A DNA stretch of 63,113 nucleotides, filler included, from Asterionella formosa (Eukaryota): assembly GCA_002256025.1 (NCBI GenBank). It is 21 parts of 21 records of this genome, joined end to end, with 100 filler letters (N's around TTAATTAATTAA, not from the genome) between each part and the next. Parts side by side here need not be neighbours in the genome. Positions count along the whole stretch, not along the records: positions 48,200 to 51,104 come from NKIB01014672.1; positions 51,205 to 54,108 come from NKIB01014673.1; positions 54,209 to 57,110 come from NKIB01014674.1; positions 57,211 to 60,111 come from NKIB01014675.1; positions 60,212 to 63,113 come from NKIB01014676.1; 16 more parts are not named here. One strand, written 5' to 3'. Position 1 is the first letter of the stretch. Every line of letters begins with the position of its first letter. Below are positions 50,094-63,113 of this stretch, piece by piece. The position numbers and the translations under genes are program-made. The notes beneath the pieces are model-generated. The model was not told where the DNA came from and searched no databases. It worked only from the letters and a program-made list of their open reading frames with translations.

Positions 50094-51104
50094 TTACAAA
50101 CCTTTTCTTCTCTCGCTATTCCTATATTTCGAGCTCAACAATTTTTTTCTTCCCTTGCTCATTCCCGATTTTCTTTTAAGAGATTTTGCAGCTTTAATAT
50201 GAGTTGATCCCATGTTAGACTTTGATCCTGAGGACATGTCATCGTATAATCCAATGGCTGACTTGGAACCAAGTGAGTTATCATCATCATAAATACCCTC
50301 AACAGGTTTTGATTGAGGAGAATAGCCATCAACGGGGTAAGGGTAACTTGTTCCTTTCAGAGATGGGGAGGTCGTAGGATATCCTATAGTTGAAAATGAA
50401 ACCACTCTTGATGTTGGAGTTTCTGGAACAACTGGGCTTAATGGAGAGTCATCATCACCATAAAACCCACTGCCAGATTTGGATTGGGGAGAATTGTGAT
50501 CGTGAGGGTAGGGATAATTTGTCCCTTTCAGAGATGGGGAGGTTGTAGGATATCCTATAATTGGAAATGACAGCACACTTGGTGTTGGAGTTTCTGGGAC
50601 AACTGGCGTCACTGGAGATGCACTTAAAGGAGCTGGAACCGTCGTACCAGGAGTATGAGTTGCTGGGGATGGAGTAGTTGCACTGACAGGAAATGGAGTG
50701 GCAGGAAGTGGAGACCATGAAATTTTTATGGGTGCTGGAGTTGCAGGGACAGGAGCTTCAGTCTGCACAATTGGAGCTACAGTTGTGGGTATGAGTGTTG
50801 GAGTCATTCTGGTGGGAATTTGAGTTGCCTTGACATAAGAAGAAGGAGATGGCGTGGATGAAGCTTGAGTGCTCGGATCCATGGTGGCGACAGGGGCTAA
50901 TGTAGTTGGACTGTTAGTAGCAAGAATCACTGGAGCAGCAGTTGTGGGTGCCACTGTATTTAGCACTGGAGGATTCACAGGAGTCGCAGAGCTTCCTTGT
51001 TCAATCGGAGCATTTGTAGCTGGAGTGCTGGTGCCAACAGGAGCAGCAGTTGTGGAAACAGGAGCATCAGAAACCGCAACAGGAGTAATAGTTCCAGATC
51101 CTGA
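50094..51104 (-). CDS. Pro/Thr-rich low-complexity protein with a Ser/Lys-rich basic tail (5' partial); probably extracellular or cell wall
   Basis: TAAPV/TxAP repeats, a duplicated ~51-aa block PVVPETPT..IGYPTTSPSLKGT.YPYP, and an SKS/KxxK-rich C-terminus. Confidence 0.7.
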   Translation of the reverse strand, partial: SGSGTITPVAVSDAPVSTTAAPVGTSTPATNAPIEQGSSATPVNPPVLNTVAPTTAAPVILATNSPTTLAPVATMDPSTQASSTPSPSSYVKATQIPTRMTPTLIPTTVAPIVQTEAPVPATPAPIKISWSPLPATPFPVSATTPSPATHTPGTTVPAPLSASPVTPVVPETPTPSVLSFPIIGYPTTSPSLKGTNYPYPHDHNSPQSKSGSGFYGDDDSPLSPVVPETPTSRVVSFSTIGYPTTSPSLKGTSYPYPVDGYSPQSKPVEGIYDDDNSLGSKSAIGLYDDMSSGSKSNMGSTHIKAAKSLKRKSGMSKGRKKLLSSKYRNSERRKGL

Positions 51105-51330
51105 NNNNNNNNNNNNNNNNNNNNNNNNNNNNNNNNNNNNNNNNNNNNTTAATTAATTAANNNNNNNNNNNNNNNNNNNNNNNNNNNNNNNNNNNNNNNN
51201 NNNNCCGTCACCCCGCCATTGTGTTGCCCCTGTCCCGTTTCTCGATGAGTCGGTTCTCTGCAATAATATTCTATTTCGAGACAACAACAAAAGCAACAGC
51301 GAAGCCGCCAACGGGAAATACCAAATAATC

Positions 51331-53308
51331 ATGTCAGATTCAGACGACGATGGGTTTTTCGAAGCCATGGCCAAAGTAGGCACTCGTACTTCGAAACGCA
51401 AGGAAAACAAGACAACAGAAGAGCGCTTGGCTATGCTCGAATCAGCCATTGCGATGGAAGACAAAAATCGCCAACTGCAAGGTCGCCTTTTGAAAATGAA
51501 GCAAGAAGAACCCAGTGATGATCGAGTCAAGCAAGCAGAAGAGCAGCTCATCCTCGCCGCTACTACTACCGCCCAACGCCGTCAAGAAACATACAATACC
51601 ATCCACGGAATTCATGACTTGGACGATGGGTTAACAGATTGCAAACGAATGGCCCTGAGCAATGCAGTCGACACTGATAAATCATCATTGCTTGGAACTA
51701 GGAAAACATTACAGTGTTGTGTTGAACCCAAGGAGCTCTACAGAACGAATCAGGAAGCCGTCAAGGCGTTAGTCGCTATACTCAAGAGCAAGGAACTAAA
51801 GAACCATGTCATCGGCAAAAAAATGTTGGCCCTGTCTTCAAATGTTCACAATTTATCTATATTTTTAAGCAAGCCACATGCACTGATGGTCGCAATGAAT
51901 CAGCATCGCACACCACATCTTCCTCATCATCTTTGCCAATGGCTTTTCTTCATGGCCTGCAGCCGTAATTGCAACGTGATGCAGCTGTCCCGTGCTGCCT
52001 TCAAATGTTTGGAACACATTTGGAAGAATACAATGGAGCCCGCCGAAGACCCTTTTCTTGTCCTGAACGATCTTGAGAGTCAACTGAGGAGTTGGTTCGG
52101 GTTAAAAATAACTGTATGGGATGTTCATAACAAATACCAAGGTGAAACTGATGGCGACGAAATCATCAAGAGTACCACATGGAGTCTCCGCCGCTGGTTG
52201 ACTCTGTGGGGTATTCTATTTCAAAATGGACTTGTAACAGGAACGGAAACTTTGAAAGAGACAGCAACGAGGTGTGTTGTCGCCTTGGTTCAAGCAGGTT
52301 TGGATCCTGTTGTCGTTCATAATCCTGGCCAAGGGTGAGATTTTTATGCTATGAACCCCATATACTTTGTTCGTGCTTGTTTCCCTTCTAATGTGCTATT
52401 GCTGCCAACTGCACAGGCTACTGAGGGAGCTTCAGTGTACTCTCCAGGAGCTCGTCAACTTGGTAGCCCTATCGATTGAAAAAAACGAATGGAAGGAGTG
52501 GATTCAGACTGCCTCTTCCGAGATTCTGGCACCTCTTTTATTGCTCGGCCCCGGTAGCCCTGATTCAGAGGATAGCGATGATGAGGGTTCATTTCTTTGC
52601 ATATCGCTTGCTGTTCGTCTCTTTCCAATTCACGACTCCAGTGGTAGAATACCAATACCTATCACTGAATTCAAGGAAGCATTATCAGCCCATGCTTTGC
52701 GGCTTTGCACGGGTATCGATCGATGGAACGACGCGACACTGCCACAGATCATTTCGAAAGAAACCCTTAACTTTGTAAGTATTGAACAACTATCCATGGA
52801 TCGATGGAGGGCGTTGATGACATCTTGTGCTGCATTTTTCCTCATAGAACAAGCGGGAGAATCGATTTCGATGGATGGACCAAGAATCTTGGCAACAGTA
52901 GAAGTTGTTATGCAAGAGCTGCTTGTTGGTTTGCGACTCTTTGGCTTACTGAAATCTATGGAAGGTAGCGGAATATATGGAAGTAAGGAGGAAGCTGGAC
53001 AAGTGGGTCAGCTTCTTCATATCATTGATGAGCAGTGTACCAGTCTCTCCAAACAAATGGGACGACTTTCGTCGCAGGCTCATTTTCGACGCGCAGAATG
53101 CTACCTCATTAATCTGCGTGGGTATTGTCGTCAAGTGAAGGACGAAGCGATCCGAATAGCTGGTACTGCTGTTTCCAAAAAAGTGCAAGGAAGCCTCACT
53201 AAGTTTTGGAGGAGTTCAAGGGGCGACAGTGACAATGAGGAATCACAAGAATATCAATCTTTACGTCAAGGGGAGCTTTCTTTCCCTGTCAAAGCAGATA
53301 TTGAGTAG
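51331..53308 (+). CDS. Hypothetical protein, 2 exons (about 631 aa)
   Basis: Exon 1 is 51331-52334. Intron GTGAG...CACAG at 52335-52416. Exon 2 is 52417-53308. The join keeps the frame. Confidence 0.85.
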
Positions 53309-53801
53309 AAATGTAAATTTGTACCTAAAACTGTGAATACTAGATTAACCGTGAGCATGCGGTAATACATGCTCTTGAGAGTATATTGGTATTAGTCTAG
53401 TATATTTCTGTGGATTTCTCCTTTGGTGCTAATTCCTGCTTTGTAGTATGTGTCTGAGGACATTAGACTACACTTCTTGCCGTGCTTGTTGTCCACATAC
53501 CTACTGGATCGTCACCATTGTGGATAGAGCTAATGATGATGCATTTGCATGTCAAATGTATCATGTTAGACCTACTAGATATACTGCTGGAGTATACAAG
53601 TGAAGGTCAGGGTATATTTAATCCTCACTAGACGCTGGACTCTAGCTAGGAAGCAGCTGGATGCTACTAGCAAGATGCCAAATTGATTGACTAGACAAAC
53701 ACATATTTATATTCAAGAAGTTAAGTAGACATGATTTAGTGTTGATTACCAGGATTATTCTGTGAGCAGTCTTCCATCAAGAGCACCTAGGCATAACTAT
53801 A

Positions 53802-53875
53802 AATCAGGCCAAGATAAGATTTAAGTGTGATCAGGAAGAATCAGGCCAAGATAAGATTTAAGTGTGATCAGGAAG
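53802..53875. repeat. 37-bp tandem duplication
   Basis: AATCAGGCCAAGATAAGATTTAAGTGTGATCAGGAAG occurs twice. Confidence 0.93.
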
Positions 53876-54208
53876 ATGATGTAGTTTAGTAACTGTTCAA
53901 GTTGGGAACAGAAATGAACTTCGCCTCCAAAGAACACTACTTACTCGAAACCTGCATGCTGAGCTTGGCTGTTTCATATCTATACATTCAAACTTGCTTT
54001 TACATTTAAGCTCACTCTAGCAATAGCAAACACAGTGAATACTGATAGACAAGTAGGAGAAATTCTTCTTAACAATTTTACAGGGAATGTACAACTTACC
54101 AGGTTGGCNNNNNNNNNNNNNNNNNNNNNNNNNNNNNNNNNNNNNNNNNNNNTTAATTAATTAANNNNNNNNNNNNNNNNNNNNNNNNNNNNNNNNNNNN
54201 NNNNNNNN

Positions 54209-54502
54209 CAATCGCAACCCCTCATTCCCAACTGGAGTACCTGCACAAGAGGATCCAGCACTTGCGCTAATAATTGGGTTTGCTGCGTCGCACCTGCTGA
54301 TGTTTCCAGTGGCAAAGCCACTTGTCGACCAAACCTAAGTGCTGCATATTGCGCTTCGTCTTCGACTGTGCCCAACTGGAGTACCTGTAGAAGAAATGTC
54401 GACACCTGTGGTGATGGGTATACCTGCTGTGTGGCACCCGCTGACGTGAGCAGTGGTAAAACAACTTGCCGCCCTACGAGTGGTGGATGGTGTGCTTCAT
54501 AA
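54209..54502 (+). CDS. C-terminus of a protein with two tandem 6-Cys domains (5' partial; absent from the ORF track)
   Basis: Translated by hand: IPNWSTCTRGSSTCANNWVCCVAPADVSSGKATCRPNLSAAYCAS / VPNWSTCRRNVDTCGDGYTCCVAPADVSSGKTTCRPTSGGWCAS*. The two copies differ at many synonymous sites. Confidence 0.82.
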   Translation, partial: QSQPLIPNWSTCTRGSSTCANNWVCCVAPADVSSGKATCRPNLSAAYCASSSTVPNWSTCRRNVDTCGDGYTCCVAPADVSSGKTTCRPTSGGWCAS

Positions 54503-57210
54503 AGTTGGACATAGTCCCAGATACTCATTCAGAAGGTTGATGTAGGAACTTTATGTACAAGAAAAGAGCAAAAATGTTCATTTGAAATTGAACGCTAACT
54601 AGACTGAGACGCGTTCGGCAATACCTAGAAAGGGAGTTAAATTAAAAAGTTCTTCTTTACGGCAAAAATGCCAATTGCCCAATTAACTTGGAGCATGGAT
54701 CCACACACGTCGCTATTTGCATGTTTCGCTAGCAATCCATCAATTTCATTCCTGAAACAAGGAAATCCAAACCCAACCTAGGAATCGTAACTATCCCAAA
54801 AAAGGGGCTACGAAGCTTTAAAAAAAAATCTACGGGGGATAAGTACCACTTCTCTTCAGGTATGGACTCAATATAGATCATACCCCTAATTCGAGCAATG
54901 ACTGTATATGTATAAGCATATGCAAAGTGGTCGTATTGTTGAAAACTAATTTTGATAAAATGGAGTACTTCAATATGTATTATAGTGCTCGCAGATGTCG
55001 CGAAATCAGGTATTTTCTTGGTTTACCGAAAACCCGGAATCTGTTTGAATTTCATTACAGTAAGATAAATCTCGTGTTATCCAAATGACAATGTCGATCG
55101 CCGTTCTCTTCCTAGATAATAGTAATTCATTTTCCCCTTTTTCGGATATGCTCAATCATATCATTGCTTAGAGCGTGAGCTATTGCAATGGCTGGTAGAC
55201 GAGGACTTGTGTGTAGCGAAATCCATAATTTTATATTTTTAGCATAATGACTCGATTCAGTTGAATCAAAGGACCAGAAAACTACTACAAGGGAAATGTA
55301 TTGGCAATATATAGATTAAAAACAGTATATATGAAATAAATATGGCTTTGCTGTACTTGTACCGGTATAAGTCTAGTCACCGGCAATGCAATTGTTTCAT
55401 GAGTTTCATGATGGCTCATTTGTTTTTGCTGGTACCTGGTACCAGGTTACATAGCTAAAGTCGATTCACTCTTCATCAGCATGCTCTCAAGGCATCCCGG
55501 TATACCGGTGTATAAATAAATACCTGGTATGGTCCGGGGTACGGGTACCTGATATGGAGTATGAACAAACCATCATGGTTTATACTAACATTTTGCTATA
55601 TTGTTTATTGCCTGTTGCATAAAGTCGCTCACTAGGAGAATTGAATTGGTTCTTGATTAACATGGTGTAATTGATAGCAATACTGCCAGCATCCTCAGCA
55701 CAATAACAACATAAGAGATGTATGCATAGCTTATAATCCCAGGCAGGTGCAACGAAGATTGGAATTAGGAACTCATTTGGAATGAAGGATCAAACAAGAA
55801 AGGCAGACAGGGGCATCATTCAAAAATTGATCAAATGCAAACTCGAAAATAGGAGATGAAACTTTTGACAACACTTCTCTGGTCTCTAGTGTCTGCATTA
55901 TCATTGTTGAACTCATCGCCAGCAGTCGTGCTGCTTGTTGCCTGTAAGCCCTTGTTTTACTCTTTGTTGCATTCTGTGTCTTTGTCGATAGTCATTGAAG
56001 TACTATTCTCAATGCTGCCATTGAATTCATTGTTCCTGATTGTGTCTTTTCTTGATTACCACGGCTAAATGCATCATATTTCAGTTCTATGCTGAAATTT
56101 ATGCTTTTGCCACTGCCCCTAATACTCAACAATACGACCACTTCAACAGTTTTAACTCCATGACAAGGACACAAACACGCATGAACACAATATGAGCTCA
56201 TTTTGAAAATTCCAAAATAGAAGACTGCAAAACAGGCAAGGGAAATTACGATGATGGTTGTTGGTACTATGCTTTGATCTTGTTGGATGGCTGGGATCAG
56301 AAGTAATAATAAGTGTCCTGTGGGTGCTGACACACTTTTACAGCATGAGTGAAATGGCTGGACATCAAGATGGAAACACAGTTCTGATTTGCTGATGTAT
56401 CAGAATGACATTATTTATTTTTTACTATATTGTAGTGCATACTGCTGTGGTGGTACAGACTACTACTAGCTAACAATGGCTGACTGGAAGGCTGCCAATT
56501 TGTCTAATCATCACCACCAACACGTGTCTTCATCATTCTTAACTTTCTCAAAGAATGTAGTATGACTGGGGGTGGATGATCAAACAAGAACATCAAAATA
56601 AAATCTCTTATGCTCCTCCTGATAGAATCACTATTTTTAAATCCAAGTTGTTAGGGTTAGCGTTTGTCACAGAATGCCTTCCAAACAGGCCGTGTGAAGT
56701 CCAAAAAGGTCCAAAACGACCATAATAGTGCATATTTTGTATAATAATTTTAATTTATTAATTCCGAAAAATGCCTTCAAAACTAATGCGCACCTCTCCC
56801 TCCGTCCATCATCATATAGACTACCTGGTACCTGGTACCTGGTACTGGGTAATGGACTTTGTACCCCCTTGCCAGAATTACTAATGGTATTCAAAATATC
56901 AGCCATATAGTCAATGACGTGCGAGCGAGGTTTGATAAAAACCACATCACGTCACAAATTACCACACTTCCTGAACAATCATAAAAAAACACTAAAATGG
57001 TCGCTGCGCATGATAGGACGACTCTTCTGTTCTTCCTCTTGGTGATGGCATCAAGTCATTACACCATTACGGAAAGCTTTAGGATGATGGCTCCTTATCA
57101 TTATGGAGTGNNNNNNNNNNNNNNNNNNNNNNNNNNNNNNNNNNNNNNNNNNNNTTAATTAATTAANNNNNNNNNNNNNNNNNNNNNNNNNNNNNNNNNN
57201 NNNNNNNNNN

Positions 57211-57620
57211 TGGATGTTGACTTTGCCGATGCGCCCATTCCTGATGGTCAGATCCTTGGCTTGATGGCCAGAAACAATGGTCGCAGTTGCGCCCATCATC
57301 ACTGTTGCGGATCAACAGTAAAGGTTGGCTCTGTGGCTTTCTTCTCTTTCTGCATTGTGTTGGACAAGCTCCTCCAAGAACTCGAGGATGCTATCGAGGT
57401 GACCATGGACTGTGATCTCCATCCAAAAGGTCAATGGTGCAGAGTTGGGTATCTTGCAAGGAGGATAGCGCATAACTAAGTCGAGGCAGCGCAGCTTGTT
57501 AATTGTACTGCTGTAGTTATTGAACTACTACAAGATTCTAAGGAGCAAACAAAATGGAGAATGAATATGCGAGGTTATGGAAATGCTCTTTTTACATTTC
57601 AAAATCCTACTGCTGTGTAG
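57211..57620 (+). pseudogene. Divergent small Cys/His (HIRAN-like) ORF with one in-frame stop
   Basis: DGQILGLMARNNGRSCAHHHCCGSTV...EDAIEV...WCRVGYLARR..*..AVVIELLQDS...RGYG. Confidence 0.62.
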
Positions 57621-57799
57621 TTAAATAAAATCCAACTATAGTTATACAGCTCGTCAAAGAAACTATAAGTTCAATACATATAGAACCATTAACAACCAGT
57701 GTTAGTATATATATATATATAAGGGGGAACATCTTTTGATCCAAAGCAGCCATGCAAAATGGCGCCGGAGACGAAAACCCCCTGATCATTACACCCTAC

Positions 57800-59028
57800 T
57801 GTTAAAAAAGATCATCCAGAAATGTGCTAGCCAACTCAATTGCTCCTTCCCGAGCTGCTAGCCTATCAGGTAAATTCCCTGCCCGTTCCAGAGCCGCCTT
57901 CCCAATGTGAGGTTTATTATAATTGTTGTCGCCATTAACCAAAATAATCTCTTCCAAGCAACCCTGTAATGTTAAAAAAGAACAATTTTGTTTTGTTGGT
58001 TAAAAAAAACGAATGCTGCCTGCACTGCCTCTATCAAACCGTCGATGTCGTTGTGGGCTTCTTCCACAGAGTCCCATTGACCTGACTGTAATGCCCTAAA
58101 AAAGATAGAACGTTGATATTCAAATCCGGACTGTTTGCTGGTTGCTTAGTCAATCGAATATCCCATTCTTTATCTGTTGCAGCTGCTACAAAGGGAGCAA
58201 AATCGGAACCAAAATGTGTTGAAGCTTTGTCGCGCTGTAGATATATTCGTTTGTTTCCATCAGGCCACTTCGCTTTTATCATAGGTAAAACATAATCAGC
58301 AAATCATGTCAACATATGACTGTTTTGTCACTGGGAGTGACTTTGTTTCCATTGTCCCTGCCGGTCGATAAATTGAACTTCTTTGCGCTGCTACTTGGTG
58401 CACAAAAGCCCAAATTCCAATTTTACCATCAAACATACACACTTTTTCGTCGTCAAAACGCGGACGTGTCACAGCAGGAGAAAGGAGCATGACCTTTTCG
58501 ATATGCTTCTTATGTTTTGTCCGCCCTGTGGGAGCCTCTTCTCCATGGGCCAGATATTTTTTCAACTTTCCTTCTGAAACAAAGAACCACTTTGACTGCA
58601 CTTGTGTGTGGTTGTATTACATTCTCTCTGTTATCCTTTGCAATCCCAAAAACTGTTGACTTGGGAACAAGGGCAAGAGCAGCTGCTAATTTAAGATACG
58701 TAGTACGCTTGCGATATGGAATACCTCTAATCGCTGCAATTATTTCTTCACGTGGGTATTTGCGAGTATACCCAGTCAATAATTTGCGGGAAAGCGATGC
58801 AAACACGTAAGTATCATCATTATAATAGGATTCAAGAGCGCGGTTCCAAATACGTTGTATAGTTGTTTTATCAACTTTGAACCGGCCTGCCAAGAATTTA
58901 ACGGTTCCACGCACTAAAATGAGCCGACCATCTATTTCGTCCCCCCCTCCATCAGGTCCTTTTTGGAGGTTCCGTAAACCATAATCCAACACGAGTTGAC
59001 GCTCTTCTGGTGTTAGATCCTTTCTCAT
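57800..59028 (-). pseudogene. Tc1/mariner transposase of the plant-mariner (DD39D-like) type, inactivated
   Basis: HTH region, then KWFF, KHIEKVML, RPRFD, FDGKIGIWAF, AQRSS..RPAGTMETK, IKAKWP, LQRDKA..H, QPANSPDLN, FLTLQG. Several frameshifts, and a deletion before KWF. Confidence 0.9.
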
Positions 59029-59285
59029 GTGCTTGTTGAGAAGAGGTGGTGGCAAGAAAAAAGGGGGGTCTGGCATCTGCATTTCGCTCGAGATGAGCAA
59101 AAGTGGAAGTCGAAAAAGCCGAAAACTTTTTTTCAGATGTAGTTGCCAATTTTAATCTTTCTATATAGAATGTATACATGGATCGGTAGCTTAGAACAAG
59201 CTGCACCAAAGGGCTGTTGAGCCGGAGAAAATCGTAGGAGTCAAAATGGCCCCGGATATATTTGAATTATCGATGCAACTGTTAC

Positions 59286-59300
59286 TAGACAGAGGGAGTA
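59286..59300 (-). mobile_element. Mariner/Stowaway-type terminal inverted repeat with TA
   Basis: The minus strand reads TA|CTCCCTCTGTCTA, matching the plant-mariner CTCCCTCCGT terminus, about 270 bp upstream of the transposase ATG. Confidence 0.75.
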
Positions 59301-60489
59301 CCTACAATGCCTACCAGCACGCATGATGATTGTGTTTATCTTGGGTTCACCTGGATCTGATGCAAGTCGAGAGCTGTAGATGTAATGTACCTCCATGGAT
59401 TCAGTAGGCTTAGAATTCTGTCAAGTTTCTCAAACTCAATTTCGTCAATTGCAGTCTGCCTTGAACATGGTCATATCATCGGTAGTTGTTGTTCCTCCTT
59501 GCCATACTGTCCATTTTACATGACAGAGCTCTGTTGGTGAATAGATTTTCCATTAGATCTAACGTATTACTCAGCATACGTTAAAAAGTGATTGATTATT
59601 CAAATATTTTGACATGTTTATGATAATTTTGATATATCAATGGCAGTGTCTGTATGAAGATCAATCAAATTTGTACATTAGGCTAGTAGCATACACATGT
59701 TAGGTTATAATCGGTTAAATAAAATTGATGATATAGACTATTGATCAAATGTTGTGTTATGTTGGTGTGGTCAATCAAATTTGTTTGTCAGATTACTTTC
59801 TTACACACATCAGGTTACGCATAGATAGAAGTCATATATATTAGTGGCTTATCAAAAATAATCTGCTAACAAAATGCTTCGATATATTGATACATTGTTT
59901 GATTGATCAATAGCTGTTGTTCTTTGATCAATTATTGTTTTAGCGAAGGTTATGACTTTACTTAGATCACATGCTTACATGTATGTTAACCTTGTACCCG
60001 ACGATTCTATCAGAATGAATTCTGTGCAACAACAGTGCGTTCCTTGTTGCCATTCCGATTTGAATGCTCTACCTGTACATGCTTTGATCCAATTCTTGTA
60101 CAAGCCATGTGNNNNNNNNNNNNNNNNNNNNNNNNNNNNNNNNNNNNNNNNNNNNTTAATTAATTAANNNNNNNNNNNNNNNNNNNNNNNNNNNNNNNNN
60201 NNNNNNNNNNNTTTTTCGACGGAAGGTCGACGTTTGATGTACCCTGGTACTAAATCAAAAATAATCGCAAATAAGAAAATGCAAAACTCAAGACTGGTGA
60301 TTAATTGTCGCTACGTGGTACCGGTACCGGTACATGGTAAACTAAGTACAATACTTATATGTGCTGCCTGATGGATTCAGGGTACCTGGTACCAGGTAAC
60401 AGGTACCAGTACTGGTACCTGGTATCAAATACCCTGGTATGTACCAGGTTGGTCGTACCCCTTGGCGCAGTTATGCTGTATAACTTTAT

Positions 60490-61560
60490 TTAGTGGCTGA
60501 AATTATGCGAATCATTTTTATGCTGGTAGCGTGATTCACTTAATGACTCGAAAAATTTGGTTTGCAGCGGAGCACAAGAGAGGATGGTGATCTTGGTCCT
60601 CTGCGTGAGTGGAGCAGCGCAGGCATAAGGGAGGACTAGAGGATTTGCCACGGCAATGTAACATTTTGTTGTTGGGCCATTGGCCATTGATAAGCTATCT
60701 AAAACATTGCTAATTTGTGTCAATATGAAAGATGTTGATAGCATTTGGAGATTACCAGTCAATAGCATATGATTCTGAGAACAAAGTCCATCCATGTCAA
60801 GTGTGAAAGAACGTATAGTGTTGTTTGGGCCAATAATAAGCTTTCATAGTAGGGGACCATCCAGTGGAGTTGTGGGTACAACGGAGGTATGCTAAATTGG
60901 TGAGGCATTTTTTCGCTTGAATATTCAATTGCTCAGGTTGTTTGGCTAAGTGTTGTGTAGGAGGATTAACTGTTGTCCTGATGGCTGAATGAACTACTTG
61001 GTGAAGATTAACTGGAATAGAAAAAGCCAAAGACTTTCTTAGCAGAGTGAATAGTAAGGCCCCAATTTGTTCTGAGAGTAGTATGGCAAATTGAGTCATG
61101 GTCTTAAAAAGATAGATATTTGACTAGGGCATGATTGTGGATGTGATCTTTTGTAGGGACAAGAGAGAGACTAGAAGGTCTTGCTGGCACGTGATTAGCG
61201 CTCCTGAGGCAAGGAGCAGGACAGCGCCGAGATAGCCACAACACGCTGTCAAGAAGGAGGATATCATGGATGCTGTTTGAGTGGTGGTGATGAATCCGTT
61301 AAGCACATAGAGCGGAATTTTTCCTCCGGTATGTTGGGTTCGGAAACGTGTAGTAGGAGTGAATACTTAAAGGAGATTGTTGTCCACCTTTTCCTAGAGT
61401 AAACTGATCAATAATTTCATTAGTTGCCATCTGTTGCGCCCCTCTCGCAGGTGACAGATAGGGCAATCATGCATCATGCAAAGCCGATCACCATCTAACA
61501 ACTTGCTGGTAAGCGTTTCCTATGTATCATTTTTGACATTGGACTAAAGCACCCTGAAAG
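60490..61560 (-). pseudogene. Degenerate non-LTR retrotransposon ORF2 3' region (RNase H-like plus zinc finger)
   Basis: Fragments across frames: GATDG, SFRT, SHQD..LNIQA, and KMLHCRGKSSSPPLCLRCSTHAEDQDH..LC. Confidence 0.55.
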
Positions 61561-63113
61561 TGCTTGCCAGCAAGTCGTTGGTTTGACATAGAAAAAGCAT
61601 TTAGAAGTAGTTTCATCACGATGAAGCAATACAAAATTATTCATAAATACAAAGGATTGTCACAATGATGAGATTTTTTGAAATTCAAGGGACAAATACT
61701 CTACTGCCAACAGGGACGTTTTGCTCCACTTTTCCCCAATGCTTTTGACCTCAATATATGCTAATGTCGTGCCATGAGCGCTACCATTTTCACAAATAAA
61801 TTGAAGAGTTTCTTGTATTTGAATGCAGCTGGTGGAAACGACTATCAAAGGTTTAAAAGCACCCTCTTCATCCAACAACCATCAGGTACACACAGCGATG
61901 GAAATGTCACCCACCAAAGCTTCAAATGCTATCACAAGCACCACAACAGTAACGAACGAAATCTATACAATAAAAAACAATAGGGCTGTTTTCAGTACAC
62001 AAAAACGACAACAAGCGCCCAGCACAAGAAGCAAAAAGCATGCAAGCACCAATGTAACAATTATACTGGAAGATCTCACTGCCACGAACCAACAGTAGCA
62101 AGGCATAATGAGCGCCGCAACAGCAATGAAATCTACGAAATCAAGAACGGATTGTTTTCACAACACACAAACGCCCACAACAACCAACGAGCACAATGGT
62201 ACCAGAAGATCTCACTGGTGCCAAGGACCAGCAACAAAAGGCATAATGATAATCACATTTACGATTTCATTAAAAATACATTGTTAGCATTATACTTCTC
62301 CTTCTCATTATCGATTCAATGGCGATTTGATTGTTTGATTGATTTTCGTCTAGAAATAGTACAGCTTTACTGGCGAATATGACATACTGTCACACCATGT
62401 AACATCAAAAATATGTGACGAAGCTAGTAAATTCTGGTCCCAGCCAGTATACTGTCCCTATTTTTGTATAGACAAACTCACCCATTTACTTTAACAGTTG
62501 TACAAAATGAATCCAAATAGACAGGCCTGTTGCCTTTAAAGGTTGTTTTTAGATCCGTAGTGGTCTTAAAAGTTACCGCCATGGTTGTTTGAAAGTAACA
62601 AGCGTTGTCGTGTGGATTGATTTTTAGGGGTACAAAATCAATTTTGACCGATGGTTACTATGAACTTTTCTCAAAAAGTACTATAGGCTTTTTTTGACAA
62701 GCCTCATCAAAAAACTCGGGGAAACTAGCAAAACAAGTTTTAGCTTTAACAACAACACCTGAAATTTCTTTTTTGAAATTTTTGAATAGGGGCATTGTTG
62801 CATTTGAGTTACGGAAATTGTCCTCAGACTAAAACTTTAGCTCTTTTTATCCAATATTCAATTGTTTATTTAAGCAAATTCACCGTAGCTTGCAGGTGTT
62901 ACCTTGTTCTTGACCCACAAGTAATCTTTTTTGTACGACAAAGACCATTAGTTGAAATCTGAAGTATCGCTATTTTACAAAAGCCCGCACATACTATTTT
63001 GCGATCATTGATCGCCGGCCAGGCAATGGAAGATTTAATTTGGATTTTGGATACCGGTATGTTTCAAAACCGACATGTAGAGAATATCCTGCCCACAATG
63101 CTGGGGCTCTATG

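Noticed and set aside
54157..54528. Minus-strand 123-aa ORF from the track
   Set aside because: It is the antisense shadow of the plus-strand Cys-repeat coding frame.

Overview
This window is not one locus. It is 21 unrelated, roughly size-sorted contigs of about 2.9 kb, joined by artificial 100-nt spacers (N44-TTAATTAATTAA-N44), so adjacency across spacers has no biological meaning. The DNA is eukaryotic (GT-AG introns). CoDi-like copia, CryptonS-like and diatom-type gene families point to a diatom (inference). Most of it is transposon sequence: a Crypton tyrosine recombinase pseudogene, an apparently intact Plavaka-type transposase, PIF/Harbinger, plant-type mariner, Ty3/gypsy (gag, two pol copies, three 195-200 bp LTRs), copia pol, LINE remnants, TA-flanked MITEs and nested TTAA-flanked Kolobok-like elements. 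Host genes include a SEP-domain p47-like gene, a sulfotransferase fusion, a cupin, a PDZ-like protein, a Pro/Thr-rich protein and several hypothetical proteins. The most interesting signals are five. (1) A tRNA-headed SINE-like insertion has an 18-bp TSD and an empty paralogous site. (2) A small Cys/His, HIRAN-like ORF recurs inside or beside Tc1/mariner-type elements. (3) Clusters of TA-CCGG-TA-type micro-insertions match the ends of resident TA-targeting elements and look like accumulated excision footprints. (4) A gypsy family seems to have spread after losing its integrase core and inserts at CCWGG-like sites. (5) A tandem 6-Cys domain is missed by the ORF track. All family assignments come from motif recognition, not database searches.
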